Assembly: GCA_965228895.1 (NCBI GenBank)
Contig: OZ245842.1
Span: forward strand, 2,464,001 to 2,528,000
Direction of reading: 5' to 3'
Source: Alphaproteobacteria bacterium
GTDB taxonomy: Bacteria; Pseudomonadota; Alphaproteobacteria; SP197
Length of the DNA: 64,000 nt
This document shows positions 59,549-64,000 of the stretch, in pieces. Below the pieces are notes generated by a model. The model ran no database searches, was not told where the DNA came from, and saw only the letters and a list, made by a program, of their open reading frames with translations. A program made the translations under genes and the position numbers. Positions within the stretch are counted from its first letter, which is position 1, and every line of letters begins with the position of its first letter.

Positions 59549-60016
59549 ATGCCCACGACAAACGCCATCCCCAACGACGACAGCCAGCGTGTCGCCCAGG
59601 AACTCAGCCGGGTTCTGGCCGATACCTACACCTTGATGTTGAAGACCCAGGGTTTCCACTGGAACGTGACGGGCCCGCAGTTCAACAGCCTGCACGAGAT
59701 GTTCGGCCTGCAGTATCAGGAGCTTTTCCTGGCCGCCGACGAGGTCGCCGAACGGATCCGCGCCCTGGGCGAACCGGCACCGGCAAGCTATCGCGCCTAC
59801 GCGACCCTGCGCTCGATCGACGAGAACGATGAGCCGATGGACGCTCAGACCATGGTGGCCACACTCGCCGCCGATCACGAGGCGCTGTCGCGCTCCGCCG
59901 GCAAGGCGCGTGCGGCGGCCGAGGACGCCGGCGATGAGGTCAGCGTCGATATGATGGTCGCGCGCATGACCCAGCACGACAAGACGGCCTGGATGTTGAA
60001 GGCCAACGCGGCCTGA
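59549..60016 (+). CDS. dps: DNA starvation/stationary phase protection protein Dps
   Basis: LADTY, FHWNVTGPQF..LH.MF, DEVAERIRALG, H.K.AWML. Confidence 0.95.
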   Translation: MPTTNAIPNDDSQRVAQELSRVLADTYTLMLKTQGFHWNVTGPQFNSLHEMFGLQYQELFLAADEVAERIRALGEPAPASYRAYATLRSIDENDEPMDAQTMVATLAADHEALSRSAGKARAAAEDAGDEVSVDMMVARMTQHDKTAWMLKANAA

Positions 60017-60028
60017 ACCATTCAGCCC

Positions 60029-60088
60029 GCCGCGCCCGCCGGATAGAGCCCCCTCCCTCTCCGCCGGCGGGCGTGGCCGTCTCGTTTT
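60029..60088 (+). terminator. GC-rich hairpin/terminator after dps with a C-rich loop
   Basis: GCCGCGCCCGCCGG..CCGGCGGGCGTGGC stem and a short T run, between convergent genes. Confidence 0.6.
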
Positions 60089-60697
60089 CTAGATCCGACC
60101 CTCCAGGACGCCGCGGACCAGCGGCAACCGATCGTTGCCCCAGAACAGGCGACCGCCGATCAGGAATGTCGGCACGCCGAACACGCCGCTCTTCTTGGCC
60201 GTGTCGAGCTCATCCTGGTGTTCTTGCCGCACGGCATCGCCGTCAAAGGCCGCGACGAACGCCTGGCTGTCGAGCCCGACCTCGTCGGCCGCCTTGAGGT
60301 AATCGTCCCGCACGACCTCATCAGCCCGTCGCACGAACATCAGGCGAAAGATTTCGTGGCTGTAATCCACCACCGCGCCCAGCCGCCGCGCTGCCAGACA
60401 CGCAAGGCTTGGCAAGTCGCGGTCGAAGGTCAGACGGCCGACCGGTTCGACAAAGGGTACGCCATAGAGCGCCGCCCATTCCTCGGCATCACGCTGCCGG
60501 TAGTCCCAGTCATACTGGCCCGACGATGGCGGGCCGCTGAACGGGTTCTGCTCACGCGCGTCCATCAACGCGCTGCTCTTCAGCGGGTGCCAGACAACAT
60601 CGATGTCGTAATCGGCCTCAAGCGCCTCGATCTGGGTCGCCGCGAGATATGAGTAACGGCTGGATAGCCCAAAATAGAAGTCGACGGTCACCGTCAT
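60089..60697 (-). CDS. 2-hydroxychromene-2-carboxylate isomerase / DsbA-family protein
   Basis: [30 protein letters not shown]. Confidence 0.88.
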   Translation of the reverse strand: MTVTVDFYFGLSSRYSYLAATQIEALEADYDIDVVWHPLKSSALMDAREQNPFSGPPSSGQYDWDYRQRDAEEWAALYGVPFVEPVGRLTFDRDLPSLACLAARRLGAVVDYSHEIFRLMFVRRADEVVRDDYLKAADEVGLDSQAFVAAFDGDAVRQEHQDELDTAKKSGVFGVPTFLIGGRLFWGNDRLPLVRGVLEGRI

Positions 60698-60808
60698 ACC
60701 AACCCTCCATTTGTCAACCTCAGGGCGACAATCCGTTCCAGTCGGCGCGGATTGTGTAGCGTGCTTTCAGGCCCATCTGCTTCTCAGATCTTACGAGGAG
60801 CCATTCTG

Positions 60809-61411
60809 ATGACCAAAGTTCTGGTGCTCTACTACAGCACGTACGGCCACGTCGAAACCATGGCCGGCGCCATCGCCGACGGCGCGCGCGAAGTCGACGG
60901 CGTCGAAGTCACGATCAAGCGGGTGCCCGAGCTGATGCCCGACGATGTCGCCAAGAAAGCCGGCGCGAAGCTCGACCAGACAGCGCCCATCGCCGAGCCG
61001 GGCGAGCTCGCCGATTATGACGCCATCATCTTCGGTACCCCCACGCGCTTCGGCAACATGGCCGCGCAAATGCGCAACTTCCTGGACCAGACAGGTGGTC
61101 TGTGGATGGCCGACAAACTGGTCGGCAAGGTCGGCAGCGTCTTTGCTTCGACGGGAACCCAGCACGGCGGCCAGGAGACCACCATCACCTCGTTTCACAC
61201 CACACTGTTTCATCTGGGCATGGTGGTTGTTGGCGTCCCCTATGCCGAAAAACGGTTGCTGAACATGGACGAAATTACCGGCGGTTCACCCTATGGCGCG
61301 TCGACCCTTGCCGGTGGCGATGGCAGCCGCGTTCCCAGCGGGAACGAGCTCGCCATTGCCCGCTACCAGGGTCGGCATGTTGCCGAAATCGCCAACAAAC
61401 TCGCGGCCTGA
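60809..61411 (+). CDS. wrbA: NAD(P)H:quinone oxidoreductase WrbA
   Basis: [32 protein letters not shown]. Confidence 0.95.
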   Translation: MTKVLVLYYSTYGHVETMAGAIADGAREVDGVEVTIKRVPELMPDDVAKKAGAKLDQTAPIAEPGELADYDAIIFGTPTRFGNMAAQMRNFLDQTGGLWMADKLVGKVGSVFASTGTQHGGQETTITSFHTTLFHLGMVVVGVPYAEKRLLNMDEITGGSPYGASTLAGGDGSRVPSGNELAIARYQGRHVAEIANKLAA

Positions 61412-61422
61412 GGAGGGTCATC

Positions 61423-62394
61423 ATGGGACTGCTTATCGACGGTACCTGGCATGACAGGTGGTATGACACCGACGATAGCGCGGGCCGGTTCGAACGCCAG
61501 GAAGCCGGCTTTCGCGACTGGGTCAGCGCCGACGGCTCGACCGGCTTCAAGGCCGAGGCCGGCCGTTACCATCTCTACGTCTCCTATGCCTGCCCGTGGG
61601 CCCATCGGACCTTGATCGTGCGCAAGCTCAAAGGGCTGGAGGACATGATCTCGGTTTCCGTCGTCGATCCCCGAATGGGCCAAGAGGGTTGGGTCTTCGG
61701 CGACTATCCGGGCGCCACCGATGACCCGGTCAACGGCGCCCGACGTCTGCACGAGGTCTATACCAAGGCCCGGCCCGACATGACCGGGCGTGTCACCGTG
61801 CCCGTGCTGTGGGACAAGAAGACCGGCACCATTGTCAGCAATGAATCGTCAGAAATCATCCGCATGCTGAACGGCGCATTCGACGGTCTTGGCGGCGACA
61901 CGGGTGTTGATCTGTGGCCCAGCGACCTGCGCGAGGCCATCGAGGCGGTCAATCAGCCGGTCTATGACAACATCAACAACGGGGTCTATCGGGCGGGCTT
62001 TGCGACCACGCAAGAAGCCTATGAGGAAGCCTTTGACGATCTGTTCCAAACGCTCGATTGGCTCGAAGACCGGCTATCCAAGCAACGCTACCTCGTCGGC
62101 GATCGTCTGACCGAGGCCGACTGGCGTCTGTTTACCACCCTCATCCGTTTCGACCCGGTCTACCACGGCCACTTCAAGTGTAACCGCCAGCGGCTCAACG
62201 AATTCCCGAACATCTGGAACTACATGCTCGAGCTGTACCAGGTGCCGGGGGTCGCCCAGACTGTCAACATGGACCACATCAAGGTCCACTATTACTGGAG
62301 CCACACCACGATTAATCCGACCCGGGTCGTGCCCCGGGGGCCGACGCTCGATTACGCGGCACCCCATAACCGCGAACGCCTGGCAGCAGACTAG
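61423..62394 (+). CDS. yqjG: Glutathionyl-hydroquinone reductase (YqjG-like GST)
   Basis: YHLYVSYACPWAHR, TVPVLWDKK, SNESSEI, NNGVYRAGFA, RFDPVYHGHFKCN. Confidence 0.92.
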   Translation: MGLLIDGTWHDRWYDTDDSAGRFERQEAGFRDWVSADGSTGFKAEAGRYHLYVSYACPWAHRTLIVRKLKGLEDMISVSVVDPRMGQEGWVFGDYPGATDDPVNGARRLHEVYTKARPDMTGRVTVPVLWDKKTGTIVSNESSEIIRMLNGAFDGLGGDTGVDLWPSDLREAIEAVNQPVYDNINNGVYRAGFATTQEAYEEAFDDLFQTLDWLEDRLSKQRYLVGDRLTEADWRLFTTLIRFDPVYHGHFKCNRQRLNEFPNIWNYMLELYQVPGVAQTVNMDHIKVHYYWSHTTINPTRVVPRGPTLDYAAPHNRERLAAD

Positions 62395-62399
62395 AATCA

Positions 62400-62437
62400 G
62401 AAAGGGCCCCGGCGCGTCAAGCTTCCGGGGCCCTCTC
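62400..62437. terminator. Probable bidirectional intrinsic terminator
   Basis: AGGGCCCCGG-N12-CCGGGGCCCT stem between convergent genes; T run on the minus strand. Confidence 0.75.
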
Positions 62438-62461
62438 GGGTTCGATATTCATGGGTCGATG

Positions 62462-62617
62462 TCAGTTGCTGTTGAACTTGGTGTTCCGAGCGAAACCTTC
62501 GATCTGACCGCGGTGGATACCGATATCGTGGAGCTGGGAATCGGTAAGCCGGGAAAGCTCGCGGCGGGTTGCCCGAATGCGCCAGCCACGACGCAGGTTG
62601 TCAAACATTGTGGCCAT
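62462..62617 (-). CDS. DUF1127 (YjiS-like) small protein, 51 aa
   Basis: Not in ORF track. Manual translation MATMFDNLRRGWRIRATRRELSRLTDSQLHDIGIHRGQIEGFARNTKFNSN; AAGGA RBS; R..L..L.D..L.DIGI.R signature. Confidence 0.9.
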   Translation of the reverse strand: MATMFDNLRRGWRIRATRRELSRLTDSQLHDIGIHRGQIEGFARNTKFNSN

Positions 62618-62786
62618 AGGCTTTGTCCTTTAGCAGGCGGCGCCGCTTCATCGCGACGTCCAACAAGGCGAACATGATCATTCGCGGGTCCGCGCACCAT
62701 GTGAAAAAGCTCATGACTCCCATGATGTTAGTGCATGCCTCAGAAAGGCAGATTTGTGACGGCCACCACAGCCAAAGACACCTCTT

Positions 62787-63599
62787 CTAGCGGCGGAATT
62801 TGGCGTCGCGCCAGGCGAGCGCGGCCTTGAGCCCCTCCTCCTCGCGGATGCGTTTGAACTCGGCCTTTTCCTCGGTCATCGTCGACTCGATCAAGACGTC
62901 GATATCCAGCGCCATCTGCAGCGCGTCGCGCATGCCCATCATGTCGTAAGTCCGGTTGATCGCGCGCTTGGTCATCATGACCGAATGGGCGGCGGCGGCC
63001 GCCATGTCCTCGGCCATGGCCATGGCTGCAGCGATCTCCTCGCCGTCGGGCACGACACGGTTGATCAGACCAAAATCATAGGCCTGCTGCGCGGTGATCT
63101 TGTCATTGCCGGTCAGCAGCAGCTCCTTTGCCTGTTTGGGGCCGGTCATCCAGGGCATCAGCATGGCGACGATGCCGGAACTGAAGCGTACTTCGGGCTC
63201 CCCGAAACGGGTGCTCTCCGCGGCGACCGTGACATCGCAGGCAAGCGCCAGTTCGAACGCGCCGGCGAGGCAGTATCCATGAACCGCCGAGACCGTCGGT
63301 TTCGGGCAATCCCAGAACTGCATGATGAAGTCGAGGTCAAAGCGCAGCACCTCATCCCATGCCGCCGGCGTCTCCAGCTTGCGGCCGGCCGAGGCGGCAA
63401 GATCGAAGCCGGCAGAGAACGCACGCCCCGCGCCCTTGACCAGGATCGCGCGCACGGCGTCATCGGCCGTCAAACCAGCCATGGCGTCGTTGGTTTCCTC
63501 GATCAGGGTGTGGTTGAAGGCGTTCAGCACCTTCTCCCGCTCGAAGGTCAGGATGCCGACCGCGCCATCACGGTCGACCGATATGGCCTCATAGCTCAT
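62787..63599 (-). CDS. Enoyl-CoA hydratase/isomerase family protein
   Basis: AFSAGFDL, KPTVSAVHGYCLAGAFELALACD, FGEPE, ELLLTG. Confidence 0.92.
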   Translation of the reverse strand: MSYEAISVDRDGAVGILTFEREKVLNAFNHTLIEETNDAMAGLTADDAVRAILVKGAGRAFSAGFDLAASAGRKLETPAAWDEVLRFDLDFIMQFWDCPKPTVSAVHGYCLAGAFELALACDVTVAAESTRFGEPEVRFSSGIVAMLMPWMTGPKQAKELLLTGNDKITAQQAYDFGLINRVVPDGEEIAAAMAMAEDMAAAAAHSVMMTKRAINRTYDMMGMRDALQMALDIDVLIESTMTEEKAEFKRIREEEGLKAALAWRDAKFRR

Positions 63600-64000
63600 G
63601 CCTCGTCTCCTCCATCGGCCGGGAACACCAGCGCGTCGACCGCGACCGCGCCGTCACCCGATACCAGAACCGGGTTTACATCCATCTCCACAATCGACCC
63701 GGCGAGGTCGGCCGCCAGGCCGGAAAGCCGTGCGACCACATCCGCCAGACCGTCGAGGTCGGCGGGCTCGCGGCCGCGCGCGCCGGTCAACAAAGGATAG
63801 GCTTTGAGCGTCGCCAGCAGCCGGCGCGCTTCCGCGGCGTCGATCGGCGGCAGGAAACACACGGTGTCGCGGAAGATTTCGACGAAGACGCCGCCCAGGC
63901 CAAGCGTCATGACCGGGCCGAAGGTCGGGTCGTCGACCACGCCGACGATGATCTCCGTGCCGCCGCGCGCCTGTCGCTGCAAGGTCACTGCCGGACCAAG
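63596..64000 (-). CDS. Acetate--CoA ligase (ADP-forming) family protein, C-terminal part; 5' end beyond window
   Basis: DPTFGPVM..GLGGVFVE, L.GARG, EMDVNPV, AVDAL. Confidence 0.85.
   Translation of the reverse strand, partial: LGPAVTLQRQARGGTEIIVGVVDDPTFGPVMTLGLGGVFVEIFRDTVCFLPPIDAAEARRLLATLKAYPLLTGARGREPADLDGLADVVARLSGLAADLAGSIVEMDVNPVLVSGDGAVAVDALVFPADGGDEA

Noticed and set aside
62449-62700. 83-aa and 72-aa ORFs listed in this interval
   Set aside because: Superseded by the 51-aa DUF1127 ORF in another frame with a clear RBS and family signature.

Overview
GC-rich (roughly 60-65% by eye) alphaproteobacterial chromosome segment, probably Rhodospirillales-like. This is judged from gene content and codon style only. 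Most of it is metabolic or housekeeping: a DSD1-type PLP enzyme, pncA, sixA-like/ppk1/ppx, a class III aminotransferase with a cupin, cysK-alaX-sseA-GNAT-metC, modBC, an atypical Mrp antiporter operon, a scattered cox/xdh molybdoenzyme accessory cluster with no large subunit, ydbH-ynbE-ydbL, a Pat acetyltransferase, LysR-phnW-phnX, dps, wrbA, a glutathionyl-hydroquinone reductase and a small DUF1127 gene absent from the ORF track. Highlights: (1) a 3.2-kb AT-richer mini-island carrying only a Hachiman (hamA-hamB) anti-phage system, between an intact tRNA-Arg(UCU) and a full-length decayed copy of that tRNA, with no integrase; (2) a cobalt-type nitrile hydratase-family operon whose beta subunit is split into two genes; (3) an orphan three-gene locus (lipoprotein, secreted toxin-like domain, 70-aa protein) that could be an undescribed export/toxin module; (4) a membrane protein with a degenerate WYL-like C-terminus; (5) 64-bp palindromic repeats and several candidate regulatory RNA/DNA elements. 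All family assignments come from motif recognition, with no database searches.
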